Of a stretch of DNA of 64,000 bases, positions 19,664 through 28,632 are shown one piece after another. Every line of letters begins with the position of its first letter. Position 1 is the first letter of the stretch. Position numbers and translations under genes: made by a program. The DNA lies in contig JBNKWP010000016.1 of the NCBI GenBank assembly GCA_050299835.1, forward strand, positions 7,885-71,884, given 5' to 3'. Source of the stretch: Silicimonas sp. GTDB taxonomy: Bacteria > Pseudomonadota > Alphaproteobacteria > Rhodobacterales > Rhodobacteraceae. A model generated the notes under the pieces. The model searched no databases, was not told where the DNA came from, and saw only the letters and a list, made by a program, of their open reading frames with translations.

Positions 19664-20072
19664 GGAAACATTCGCCACCAGGAAGACTATTGATTTCATT
19701 ACTATAAATCTGGATTTGCCTTATTCCTGCCACATTTGTACCTTAAACAAGTCATGAATCGAGGAGTGTGTTGCCTTGGTTTGTTGTGTGCCAGAAGTCG
19801 AGTAGTGAGTTATGTGTGAGTTCAAATACTGTGAAGGTCCCCATGCGTGTTTCCTGCGGGATATTTCACCCTGTCCGGCGGCCTGCAAATCGGAAGCGGC
19901 TGTGCCGGCGCCTTCCAACAAAAACCACGGTTTCGTTGATCGTGACGACATGATCAGTTCTTTCGAGGCCGCGGAACGTGCCGACACTCTGAGAATGCAG
20001 TTGGATAAGATCCGGGTTTCTTCAAAGCTTCAACGGGTGATCAATTTGCTGAATCAACGACAGTCGGCCTGA

Positions 20073-21005
20073 TCAGGCAGCGTCGAAGAATTCCAGCGTT
20101 TCCCCCATGAATCTCTCGCGGATGCCGGGAGCCTCCATCATCAATTCGTGTCGCGCCCCGGAGATGGTTCTCAGTTCTGCGGTCGACCAGTTCGCATGGA
20201 ATTTGATGATAGCATCGAGGGATACGATCCTCTCGTCGCTTCCGACGAATGTCAGGCACGGGATTGAAGGCCGTTTCGCGGAAAAGAGGCGATCTATTTC
20301 CAAAGTGGCGCTGCCAACCCACTGAACCGATGGACCGCCGAGGGCGAATTCGGGTGCAGCTGCCGCGTGCTGTCCGAGCCAATCATAGGTTTCGCGATCG
20401 GTTGTCAGCATATTCGTGTCGAAGCCTGTATCCGACACGTAGTTGGTCGGTGCCGTTCCCGGTGCAAGCAGGTTTCCCTTTTTGACCAGACGGGCAAGCG
20501 GTGGAACCATATAGGCGAAGGGACGGGCGTAGGCGGGCATTTGAATGCCCCACATTGGCGCCGAGAAGACTGCGCGTTCCACGTCCAGACCATTGAGGAG
20601 CGAACGAAGCCCGATACAGCCGCCCATCGAATGGGCGAGGAGTACGCGCGGACGCGGCAGGCCGATTTCCTCCACCCAGTCCATAAACGCGGAGACATCG
20701 CGCTGATAGTCCAGGAAATCGGAGACATGCCCCAATCTGACGTCGGAATCGAGGCGGTCCGATAATCCCTGACCGCGCCAGTCGAGGGAGGCAACAGACC
20801 AGCCCGCATTCGTCAGGTCGCGAAACATTTTTCCATATTTTTCAATATATTCCGTCCTGCCCGGAAACAGCAGAACCGTGCCATTTCCGCCCGCCGCCGT
20901 CCAAGCACCCAGGCGTAGCCGCACACCGTCATCTGTCTTCCGCCAGACGATACGCCCGCCTTTGGGCGCATCGGCCAGATTGTGACGGAAGGGGGCGTCT
21001 TCCAA
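20073..21005 (-). CDS. alpha/beta hydrolase (lysophospholipase/monoglyceride lipase-like)
   Basis: Nucleophile elbow HSMGG, an HG-like oxyanion region (VLLFPGRTE) and a C-terminal His region (GARHELM). Confidence 0.8.
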   Translation of the reverse strand: MEDAPFRHNLADAPKGGRIVWRKTDDGVRLRLGAWTAAGGNGTVLLFPGRTEYIEKYGKMFRDLTNAGWSVASLDWRGQGLSDRLDSDVRLGHVSDFLDYQRDVSAFMDWVEEIGLPRPRVLLAHSMGGCIGLRSLLNGLDVERAVFSAPMWGIQMPAYARPFAYMVPPLARLVKKGNLLAPGTAPTNYVSDTGFDTNMLTTDRETYDWLGQHAAAAPEFALGGPSVQWVGSATLEIDRLFSAKRPSIPCLTFVGSDERIVSLDAIIKFHANWSTAELRTISGARHELMMEAPGIRERFMGETLEFFDAA

Positions 21006-21009
21006 GGGA

Positions 21010-21300
21010 TCAGCTGAGGGCAGGGGCCAGCTTCATCGCCGCGCCCATGTCGCCGTCAATCGTCATGCGGCCAGACATGAAGGCGGCCGTGGGATTCAGC
21101 GTGCCGTCCAGAATCTCCCGAAAGGTTTCGGCATCGGCGGTCATTGTGACCTCCGCGTCCTCATCCCCCGCGCGGGCACCGTCGGAATCGAGCATGATCG
21201 CCCCTTCGTCTTCGATCACGAATTTCGCGGTTCCGTCGAAACTGTTTCCCTCCAGCTTTCCGTTCAGCGCTTCCACCGCCTGTTCGATCACGTCGCTCAT
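21010..21300 (-). CDS. SCP2 sterol-binding domain protein
   Basis: 96 aa with the typical SCP2 tail LDGTLNPTAAFMSGRMTIDGDMGAAMKL. 4 nt upstream of the hydrolase gene. Confidence 0.8.
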   Translation of the reverse strand: MSDVIEQAVEALNGKLEGNSFDGTAKFVIEDEGAIMLDSDGARAGDEDAEVTMTADAETFREILDGTLNPTAAFMSGRMTIDGDMGAAMKLAPALS

Positions 21301-21364
21301 AGAGTTCTCCTCACATCACCGTCAAAGGCCTCGCATTCTGGCCCGATTGCGTTACGTTCCGGTT

Positions 21365-21913
21365 ATGGGTCGAATTGGTTCATTTCTCAAATGCGTCGTA
21401 GCGGCACTTCTGCTGTCGCCCCCCGTTCAGGCGGACGAAGCGGAATTGGAGGCGTTGTTCGAAGGGCTGAAGGGGGCCGATCCTTCGGCCGCAATGCAGA
21501 TCGAGCGACGTATCCACGATATCTGGTCGCAATCGGGGTCGCCTTCGATGGACCTGTTGCTGTCGCGCGGGCGCGAAGCCCTGGATGCCGGCGATCCAGT
21601 TCTGGCGATCCGGCATTTCACGGCGCTGATCGACCACGCGCCGGATTTTGCCGAAGGCTACAACGGGCGCGCAACGGCCTATTTTCAGACCGGTCGGTAC
21701 GGGCTGTCGCTGGAGGATATTCGGCAGACATTGCGACTGAATCCCCGGCATTTTTCGGCCATGAGCGGGCTGGCCCTGATCCTTGAGGAACTGGGCCGGC
21801 CGGAAGATTCTCTTGAAGCATGGCGCGAGGTCGAGCGTTTGAATCCCCATCGCGAAGGCCTGAAAGACGCGATTGCCCGGCTTGAGCTCCAGGTTGAGGG
21901 CTCGCGGCTTTAG
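21365..21913 (+). CDS. tetratricopeptide repeat protein, secreted
   Basis: ATG at 21365 gives a signal peptide (MGRIGSFLKCVVAALLLSPPVQA). TPR-like helices (AIRHFTALIDHAPDFAEGYNGRATAYF...). The upstream part of ORF 21047 is antisense to the SCP2 gene. Confidence 0.75.
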   Translation: MGRIGSFLKCVVAALLLSPPVQADEAELEALFEGLKGADPSAAMQIERRIHDIWSQSGSPSMDLLLSRGREALDAGDPVLAIRHFTALIDHAPDFAEGYNGRATAYFQTGRYGLSLEDIRQTLRLNPRHFSAMSGLALILEELGRPEDSLEAWREVERLNPHREGLKDAIARLELQVEGSRL

Positions 21914-22045
21914 GTGATCGCCAAAACTCGTGCCGTTTTTGAGTCGTCCCGTGGCAGCAGAATGCGGGGGCGCCATCAAATCGGGCGGGACAACTCGGAT
22001 CGAAATTGCAGGCCTCAAGGCTCTCCAGTGTGGCTGAAGGGCAGG

Positions 22046-22288
22046 CTAGTCCATTCCAGGGCGACTGACCCTGCTCCGTGCACCAAGCACGTCCCTGAAC
22101 ATGTTGGTGAATTCTTTCCGTTCTGTGTTTTTCGAAGGATAGGCGCGATTGACGAACGGATTCGGTTCACCCTCGTTCCGCCATGAGGCGAAACTTTTCA
22201 GCCTGAACGAGGTCACCACATAGTAGGCATACCGAAACAAAGCAGATTTCCGCTGTAACTCTGTCTCGGAGAGACTTTTCCATATCAT
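22046..22288 (-). CDS. small hypothetical protein (80 aa), paralogue 1 with W-x4-GEPNPFV motif
   Basis: ORF with FRYAYYVV...SWRNEGEPNPFVNRAY...FTNMF. About 40 percent identical by eye to the neighbouring small ORF. Family not recognised. Confidence 0.55.
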   Translation of the reverse strand: MIWKSLSETELQRKSALFRYAYYVVTSFRLKSFASWRNEGEPNPFVNRAYPSKNTERKEFTNMFRDVLGARSRVSRPGMD

Positions 22289-22412
22289 GACATCGCTCTT
22301 TGAAAATATGCACCGACGCTCTCAATAGCAGACGGTTCTGACGAAAGTGAGGCAGCGAACCGGCGAAATGGCGCATTCGCGAACAGGCCTGCCTGATGCG
22401 GGCCTGGCCAGG

Positions 22413-22640
22413 TCAAGTTCGTCGCTTTACTGATTTGGCCAGGTCATCGGCGAAAATGTCAGTAAAATCGTTTCTTCGAGTTTGCGCCCGTCGGGCGTAG
22501 GACGGCGATACGAACGGGTTCGGTTCGCCCGCCTTTACCCACGACTGGTAGGAAATCGCCCGACATCCGCTGATCAGGTAAAACACGTAACGGAAAAAGA
22601 CTGATCTTTCGGAAAGGGATTGTTCGTCAAATCGAAGCAT
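22413..22640 (-). CDS. small hypothetical protein (75 aa from internal ATG), paralogue 2 with W-x4-GEPNPFV motif
   Basis: FRYVFYLI...SWVKAGEPNPFVSPSY...FTDIF aligns with paralogue 1. Start chosen at MLRFDEQ; the ORF extends to 22703. Confidence 0.55.
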   Translation of the reverse strand: MLRFDEQSLSERSVFFRYVFYLISGCRAISYQSWVKAGEPNPFVSPSYARRAQTRRNDFTDIFADDLAKSVKRRT

Positions 22641-22746
22641 AAGCAGACGCCCAAAGCAAATAACACCAACACGACAACCGCAGACGGACTTCCGGGAGGC
22701 CATCTGGCAGGGTCGTCGCGCAATTAGCGCCGATCTAGGTTAACAA

Positions 22747-24147
22747 TCAGTTACCTTCGGAGGTTTCGGTCAACTCACCATTTTCCCAAACGCCGGATTG
22801 CTCTTCGCCGCTGGCATAGCGGATTGTGCCTTCACCCTGACGCTTGCCGCGCACGAACATGCCTTCGTACACGTCGCCGTTGGCGTAGGTTGCAATGCCT
22901 TTTCCGTCGATCTCGCCCGCGGTCCAGTTGCCCTCATAGACGAAGCCGTCGGCCATCGTGATCTTCCCGGTTCCCTCGCGCTGGCCCGCGACGAAGTTGC
23001 CCTCGTAGACCGTTCCGTCAGAATAGGTTGCAATTCCGGTTCCGTCTCTCTGGCCGTCTTTCCAGTTGCCCTCGTAGGTGTAGCCGTCGGCGAAGGTCAT
23101 CTTGCCTTGACCGTCCATTTTGGCATCCTTGAACTCGCCCACATAGACCAGCCCGTTCGCGTAGGACGCCGTTCCGGTTCCCTCGATCACACCTGCAACC
23201 CAGGTGCCCTCATAGGTGTTGCCGTCGGGATATGTGATCTTTCCGGCGCCATCGGCCACATCGTTCTTGAAGCTGCCTTCGTACACGGAACCGTCGGGAT
23301 AGGTGACCGAGCCTTCACCTTCGATGCGGCCGCCCGACCATGCGCCGGTATACTCGTACCCATCGGCGCCGGTGAAGGTGCCCTGACCATCCCGCTGATC
23401 GTTCTTGAACGCACCTTGGTAAATGTCGCCATTGGCATAGGTCACTTTGCCCTCACCCTGGCGCTTGCCGTCCACCAGCTGGCCTTCGTAAACGTCGCCA
23501 TTCGGTTGCGTGAGCGTGCCGGTGCCGTTGATCTGGCCATTCTTCCACTCGCCTTCATAGGTCAGGCCATCGGGCATCCGAAGCGTTCCGCTGCCCTCGC
23601 GCACACCGCGGGCAAGGTCGCCTTCATAGACCGCGCCATCGGGGTATTCGATCCGGCCGGTCCCTTCCTTGATCCCCTTGTTCCATCCGCCTTCGTAGAT
23701 ATAGCCGTTGGGGCTTTCCATCCTGCCGGTGCCGTGGTGGAGCGCGTCAAGGAATTCGCCTTCGTAGCGGACGCCGTTGGCATAGACGGCAACACCGCTG
23801 CCGTCGATCTTGCCATCCACCCACGTGCCCTCATAGGTACCGCCATCGGCGAAGGTGATCTTTCCGGTGCCTTCCGGCTTGCCCGCGACGAATTCGCCCT
23901 CGTAGACCGAGCCGTTGGGAAATTCCGCACGCCCCTGGCCCAGGATCTCTCCATCGACCCATTCGCCTTCGTACACATATCCGTTCGGGAGCCGGTAAGT
24001 GCCGGACCCATGTTGCTTGCCGTCCCGGAAGGTGCCTTCATAGACGCCGCCGTCGTCGTATTGCTTGGTGATGACGTCCTGTGCAGCAGCGTAACCTGCC
24101 ACGGTCGCGGCAAGTGCCAGCGTTCCCATCCCGATCGACCGGTTCAT
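22747..24147 (-). CDS. MORN repeat protein with signal peptide
   Basis: Signal peptide MNRSIGMGTLALAATVAGYAAA, followed by about 18 consecutive 23-residue repeats of the YEG-x-W/F-x-(D/N)G-x3-G-x-G type. Confidence 0.85.
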   Translation of the reverse strand: MNRSIGMGTLALAATVAGYAAAQDVITKQYDDGGVYEGTFRDGKQHGSGTYRLPNGYVYEGEWVDGEILGQGRAEFPNGSVYEGEFVAGKPEGTGKITFADGGTYEGTWVDGKIDGSGVAVYANGVRYEGEFLDALHHGTGRMESPNGYIYEGGWNKGIKEGTGRIEYPDGAVYEGDLARGVREGSGTLRMPDGLTYEGEWKNGQINGTGTLTQPNGDVYEGQLVDGKRQGEGKVTYANGDIYQGAFKNDQRDGQGTFTGADGYEYTGAWSGGRIEGEGSVTYPDGSVYEGSFKNDVADGAGKITYPDGNTYEGTWVAGVIEGTGTASYANGLVYVGEFKDAKMDGQGKMTFADGYTYEGNWKDGQRDGTGIATYSDGTVYEGNFVAGQREGTGKITMADGFVYEGNWTAGEIDGKGIATYANGDVYEGMFVRGKRQGEGTIRYASGEEQSGVWENGELTETSEGN

Positions 24148-24381
24148 GGTTTTCCCCAATTCTCCCTCGCGGGATTCTCGTCCCGCCCTGTTGATTGCTA
24201 CCAAAACCTAAAGGACAGGCAATTCTGCCGCAACGCTTTTCCCGGACTGGACCTTTTCCCCGCGACCAACTCTGCTAAGACCTTGTCCCAGCGGGATTGC
24301 GCCGGCTTGGCCGTCGCTCTGCGGGGGGGGCTCCTCCGCACCCGCTTGGATATGTTGGTCGATGGAAAGGCGAGGCAGGTG

Positions 24382-26040
24382 ATGGGTGAACGGTTTCGGC
24401 TGACATTGGCGCAGATGAACCCGACCGTGGGCGATCTTGCCGGCAATGCCGCCCTGGCGCTCAGGGCATGGGAAGCCGGGCGGGAGGCCGGTGCCGATAT
24501 GGTCGCCCTGCCGGAGATGTTCATCACGGGATATCAGACGCAGGACCTGGTGATGAAGGAAGCCTTCGTCCGCGATGCCATGGCTCATCTGGAAAGGTTG
24601 ATGACCGACAGCGCGGAGGGGCCGGCCCTGGCTATCGGCGGGCCGCTTCTTCAGGGCGAGGGGCTTTACAACGCCTATCACGTGTTCAAGGGAGGACGGC
24701 TGGTCCGGCAGGTGCTGAAGCACGAGTTGCCGAACGAGACGGTCTTCGACGAGGTGCGTCTGTATGATCGGGGTCCGATTGGCGGGCCATATGATCTGGG
24801 TATCGTCAGAGTTGGAACGCCGATCTGCGAGGATGCGTGGCACGAAGACGTGCCCGAGGCGCTGGAGGAATCCGGGGCCGAGATTCTCGTGGTACCGAAC
24901 GGCTCGCCCTATTATCGCGGAAAATACGAGACGCGGCTGAATGTGATGGTGTCCCGCGTGATCGAGACCGGGCTTCCGCTTGTCTACCTGAATATGATCG
25001 GAGGGCAGGACGATCAGGTGTTCGACGGTGGCTCCTTCGTTCTGAACCCGCATGGCGAAATCGCGGTGCGGCTTCCGCTGTTCGAAGAAGCCATTGCGCA
25101 TGTCGATTTCGAGGAGACGGGTGAAGGTTGGCGGGCCGTGCCCGGCGATATCGCGGCGTTCCCGGATGAATGGGAGCAGGACTATCGCGCGATGGTCGAA
25201 AGCGTACGCGACTATTTCGGCAAGACCGGGTTCAAAAAGGCGCTTCTGGGCCTGTCGGGCGGTGTGGACAGTGCCATCGTTGCGAACATCGCCGCGGATG
25301 CGCTGGGGCCGGAGAACGTGCGGGGCGTCATGATGCCGTCGGAGTATACGTCACAGGCCTCGCTCGACGATGCGGCGGCGGTTGCCAAGGCGCTGGGTAT
25401 TCGTCTGGACACCGTACCGATAAAGGGCCCGCGCACGGCGATGACGGAGGCTTTGGCCCCGCTCTTCGAAGGGACCGAGCCGGACGTGACGGAGGAGAAT
25501 ATCCAGTCGCGCCTGCGTGGCGTGATCCTGATGGCGCTGTCCAACAAGTTCGGTGAGATGCTGCTGACCACCGGCAACAAGTCGGAAGTCGCTGTCGGTT
25601 ATGCCACCATCTATGGCGACATGGCGGGCGGCTATAATCCGATCAAGGACCTTTACAAGATGCGGGTTTTCGAGACCTGCCGTTGGCGTAATGCCCATCA
25701 CCGCGACTGGATGAAGGGTCCGGCGGGGGAGGTTATCCCGACCGCTGTCATCGAAAAGCCGCCGACGGCGGAATTGCGCGAAGACCAGAAAGACAGCGAT
25801 TCGCTGCCGGACTACGCCGTACTTGACCGCATCCTTGAGGCACTGATCGACGACGAGATGTCGGTGTCCGAGATTGTCGAGACGGGTTTCGACCGAGACG
25901 TGGTGAAGAAGGTGGAGCGGCTGATCTATCTTGCCGAGTACAAGCGGTTCCAGTCCGCGCCCGGTCCAAGGCTGACGAAACGATCCTTCTGGCTCGACCG
26001 TCGCTATCCGATCGTCAACAAATGGCGCGATCCGTCTTAA
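24382..26040 (+). CDS. nadE: glutamine-dependent NAD+ synthetase
   Basis: N-terminal CN-hydrolase domain (RLTLAQMNPTVGDL, ICEDAW) and C-terminal NAD synthetase domain (GLSGGVDSA). The upstream 528 codons of ORF 22798 are antisense to the MORN gene. Confidence 0.9.
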   Translation: MGERFRLTLAQMNPTVGDLAGNAALALRAWEAGREAGADMVALPEMFITGYQTQDLVMKEAFVRDAMAHLERLMTDSAEGPALAIGGPLLQGEGLYNAYHVFKGGRLVRQVLKHELPNETVFDEVRLYDRGPIGGPYDLGIVRVGTPICEDAWHEDVPEALEESGAEILVVPNGSPYYRGKYETRLNVMVSRVIETGLPLVYLNMIGGQDDQVFDGGSFVLNPHGEIAVRLPLFEEAIAHVDFEETGEGWRAVPGDIAAFPDEWEQDYRAMVESVRDYFGKTGFKKALLGLSGGVDSAIVANIAADALGPENVRGVMMPSEYTSQASLDDAAAVAKALGIRLDTVPIKGPRTAMTEALAPLFEGTEPDVTEENIQSRLRGVILMALSNKFGEMLLTTGNKSEVAVGYATIYGDMAGGYNPIKDLYKMRVFETCRWRNAHHRDWMKGPAGEVIPTAVIEKPPTAELREDQKDSDSLPDYAVLDRILEALIDDEMSVSEIVETGFDRDVVKKVERLIYLAEYKRFQSAPGPRLTKRSFWLDRRYPIVNKWRDPS

Positions 26041-26546
26041 GGGGCCCATGCCGTCATGAGCGGGCCTTTCGGCCCGGAAAGAGGATCAGTCTTTGGCAAC
26101 GCGGTCGCGGCGATTTCGGCGTGCGCTTTTTCCAGGTCCAGTCCGCCAGCGGAGATGATGGCAGGACTTTCCTGACCCTGCGGATAGGCTCCCACCACAG
26201 CAAACCCGGATTTTGAGGTGACGCGCTTGTGGCCGAAGCCGGCGGGCAGGATGATTGCATCACCCGGCTGCACGTCCACGACCGGGCCTTCGGGACCGCC
26301 CAGTTGCAGCGTTGCCGATCCCGAGACGCAGGTGAGCGCCTCGTGGGAGGCCGGATGATAATGGTGGTAGTCGAAGACGGTGTATATCCAAGTCCCGCCC
26401 CAGCCATTTCGCTGATAAGTTGCGCGGACCTCGTTTGCGGTGACATTGGACCCGACGGCCTTGGCCACGACGATTGCGGGCAGGATAGGGTTGTTCGGTA
26501 TTCCGCTGTTCTCCGGTACGAAGATTGTCTCGAAAGTATCGTCCAC
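26037..26546 (-). CDS. cupin domain protein (YjlB-like)
   Basis: Blocks WIYTVFDYHHYHPASHEALTCVSG and PGDAIILPAGFGH. GTG start at 26546 preceded by GGAGG; the start is uncertain (ORF extends to 26648). Confidence 0.65.
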   Translation of the reverse strand: MDDTFETIFVPENSGIPNNPILPAIVVAKAVGSNVTANEVRATYQRNGWGGTWIYTVFDYHHYHPASHEALTCVSGSATLQLGGPEGPVVDVQPGDAIILPAGFGHKRVTSKSGFAVVGAYPQGQESPAIISAGGLDLEKAHAEIAATALPKTDPLSGPKGPLMTAWAP

Positions 26547-26696
26547 ACGGACCTCCGCTGTTCTGTAAAGGAACGATAGCAAAACCCGATAGCGATGGCA
26601 TCTTGCAGCGGCCACGGCGCAGGGAGATCGTGCGGGCATTTCCGGCATCCGGCTTCCGGCTTGTTGATCGGGCCTGTCCGCCTTACATCACGACCC

Positions 26697-27494
26697 ATGA
26701 GACGTTTTATCCCCTTCTTGAAATCGCCACCCCTCGTATCCGTCGTCAGGCTGCAGGGCGTCATTGCCTCCGGCACACGCGGGACGTTGAATGATCAGGC
26801 GCTGGCGGGATTGCTTCAGAAGGCATTCACGCGCGGCAAGCCTGCGGCGGTGGCCTTGGTGATCAACTCGCCGGGAGGCTCGCCCACACAATCATCCCTC
26901 ATCGCGTCGCGGATAAGGCGGCTGGCCGAAGAGAAGGATGTGAAGGTCTATGCTTTCGTCGAGGATGTGGCGGCCTCGGGCGGGTATTACATTGCAAGCG
27001 CGGCGGATGAGATCTGGGTGGACCGGCATTCGATCACAGGGTCGATTGGCGTGATCTCCGCCGGGTTCGGGTTCAACGAACTGATCGGGCGCTACGGGAT
27101 CGAACGCCGGGTCTATACAGCCGGCAAATCGAAGAGTCTCGCCGATCCGTTCCGTCCGGAAAAGCAAGAGGATGTCGAGCGGATCAAGGCGCTTCAGGAA
27201 CACATTCATGCTGGTTTCATCGACCATGTGACCACCCGGCGCGGGGATAGACTGAACACCGGGACGGAGCTTTTCGACGGATCGATCTTTGTCGGCGACG
27301 AAGCTCTGCCAGTGGGGCTGATCGACGGCGTGGGGCACCTGGTTCCGACGATGAAATCCGTCTTCGGCGACAAGACGCGCTTCAAGGTCTATGCGCAAAA
27401 AAAGCCGCTTCTCAGTCGCTTCGGCATGTCTTTGGTCGGCGACGCGATGGCGGAGTTCGAAGACCGCGCGGCTTTCGCCCGTTTCGGGCTCTGA
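26697..27494 (+). CDS. S49 family peptidase (SppA/SohB-like)
   Basis: Blocks VINSPGGSPTQS and ASGGYYIASAADEIW (Ser nucleophile region). ATG at 26697 within ORF 26595. Confidence 0.85.
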   Translation: MRRFIPFLKSPPLVSVVRLQGVIASGTRGTLNDQALAGLLQKAFTRGKPAAVALVINSPGGSPTQSSLIASRIRRLAEEKDVKVYAFVEDVAASGGYYIASAADEIWVDRHSITGSIGVISAGFGFNELIGRYGIERRVYTAGKSKSLADPFRPEKQEDVERIKALQEHIHAGFIDHVTTRRGDRLNTGTELFDGSIFVGDEALPVGLIDGVGHLVPTMKSVFGDKTRFKVYAQKKPLLSRFGMSLVGDAMAEFEDRAAFARFGL

Positions 27495-27500
27495 GGCGCC

Positions 27501-27665
27501 ATGCTCGTCAAGATCGTCACCCTGTTCCTGGTGTTCGTCGCGGTTCTGGGTATGTTCGGAAAACTGAGCTACCTTCTGCCCTGGCGCCGCGAGAAGTCGA
27601 CGAAATGCGAAAACTGCGGTCGGCATCTCATTGGCAGCGGACCCTGCGTCTGTCGGAAAGGCTGA
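27501..27665 (+). CDS. small membrane protein with C-terminal Cys-rich knuckle (54 aa)
   Basis: Not in the ORF track because it is under 60 aa. Sequence: MLVKIVTLFLVFVAVLGMFGKLSYLLPWRREKSTKCENCGRHLIGSGPCVCRKG. GAGG lies 4-5 nt upstream, third-position GC is high, and it fits exactly between the neighbours. Confidence 0.55.
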   Translation: MLVKIVTLFLVFVAVLGMFGKLSYLLPWRREKSTKCENCGRHLIGSGPCVCRKG

Positions 27666-27669
27666 GTAA

Positions 27670-28632
27670 ATGGTCTGGCTTACCGGATTTCTGGGGCTCG
27701 CCATTCTGTTGCTTGCGGGCGATCTTCTGGTGCGTGGGGCGGTCAACGTCGCGCTTCGGGTTGGCATTCCTGCACTGATCGTCAGCCTGACAATTGTTGC
27801 GTTCGGGACGTCCGCGCCTGAACTCCTGATCTCGGTGCAAGCCGTCATGGAAGGTGTGCCCGGCCTTGCGTTGGGCAATGTCGTCGGCTCGAACACTGCT
27901 AACATTCTTCTGGTTCTCGGTCTGCCGGCGCTGATCTCAAGACTGCATACATCCGGTTTCGATACCCGGAAGAGCTATGTGACGATGATCGGCGTCTCGC
28001 TGATCTTCGTTGGCCTCTGCTTTGCTGGGCCGCTGACCTGGTGGCACGGTCTTATTCTTCTGGGATTGCTTGCGGTCATCCTGTGGGATCAGGCGCGAGA
28101 CGCCCTGAAACACCGGCGCGAGTTGAAGTCCCTGCGCAACGAGGAAGTGGACAATCCCGAAGGCGCGGATCCGACAATGCCAGGCTGGCAAATCGCCCTG
28201 TTTCTGGTGCTGGGCCTGGCGGGTCTGCCGTTCGGTGCGAAGCTGTTTGTCGACAGCTCCGTGGAAATTGCGGAGATGTTCGGCGTATCGGACAGTGTCA
28301 TCGGTCTGACGCTGGTGGCGCTTGGCACATCGCTTCCGGAACTGGCGACGACCATCATGGCCGCGATCCGGCGGCAGGCGGACGTTGCGTTGGGGAATGT
28401 CATCGGCTCCAACATGTTCAACATTCTTGCGATCATGGGCGTGACGGTCCTGGTCGGCCCGGTCGAGGTCGCCCGCCCGTTTTTGACATTTGATTTGTGG
28501 GTCATGCTTGGCGCGTCCGTGCTGATTGCCCCGTTTGTCTTCAACCGAAACCTGGACATGACGCGCCGTTGGGGAATTGTGCTGACGATGCTCTATATCC
28601 TCTACATCGTCATGGTGGTGTTGCACGGATGA
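27670..28632 (+). CDS. calcium/sodium antiporter (CaCA family, YrbG-like)
   Basis: Two alpha-repeat motifs (GTSAPELLIS and GTSLPELATT) in a polytopic membrane protein. Confidence 0.9.
   Translation: MVWLTGFLGLAILLLAGDLLVRGAVNVALRVGIPALIVSLTIVAFGTSAPELLISVQAVMEGVPGLALGNVVGSNTANILLVLGLPALISRLHTSGFDTRKSYVTMIGVSLIFVGLCFAGPLTWWHGLILLGLLAVILWDQARDALKHRRELKSLRNEEVDNPEGADPTMPGWQIALFLVLGLAGLPFGAKLFVDSSVEIAEMFGVSDSVIGLTLVALGTSLPELATTIMAAIRRQADVALGNVIGSNMFNILAIMGVTVLVGPVEVARPFLTFDLWVMLGASVLIAPFVFNRNLDMTRRWGIVLTMLYILYIVMVVLHG

Noticed and set aside
22747-24147. 69-nt periodic DNA repeats considered as a CRISPR-like or satellite array
   Set aside because: The period is in frame with a continuous ORF encoding MORN repeats. 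There are no unique spacers and no cas genes.
22798-24381. First ~528 codons of the 1080-aa + strand ORF (22798..26040)
   Set aside because: It is the exact antisense of the MORN repeat gene, and its periodic ...AVG..FV... sequence is just the mirror of the MORN repeat. NadE homology starts only at 24382.
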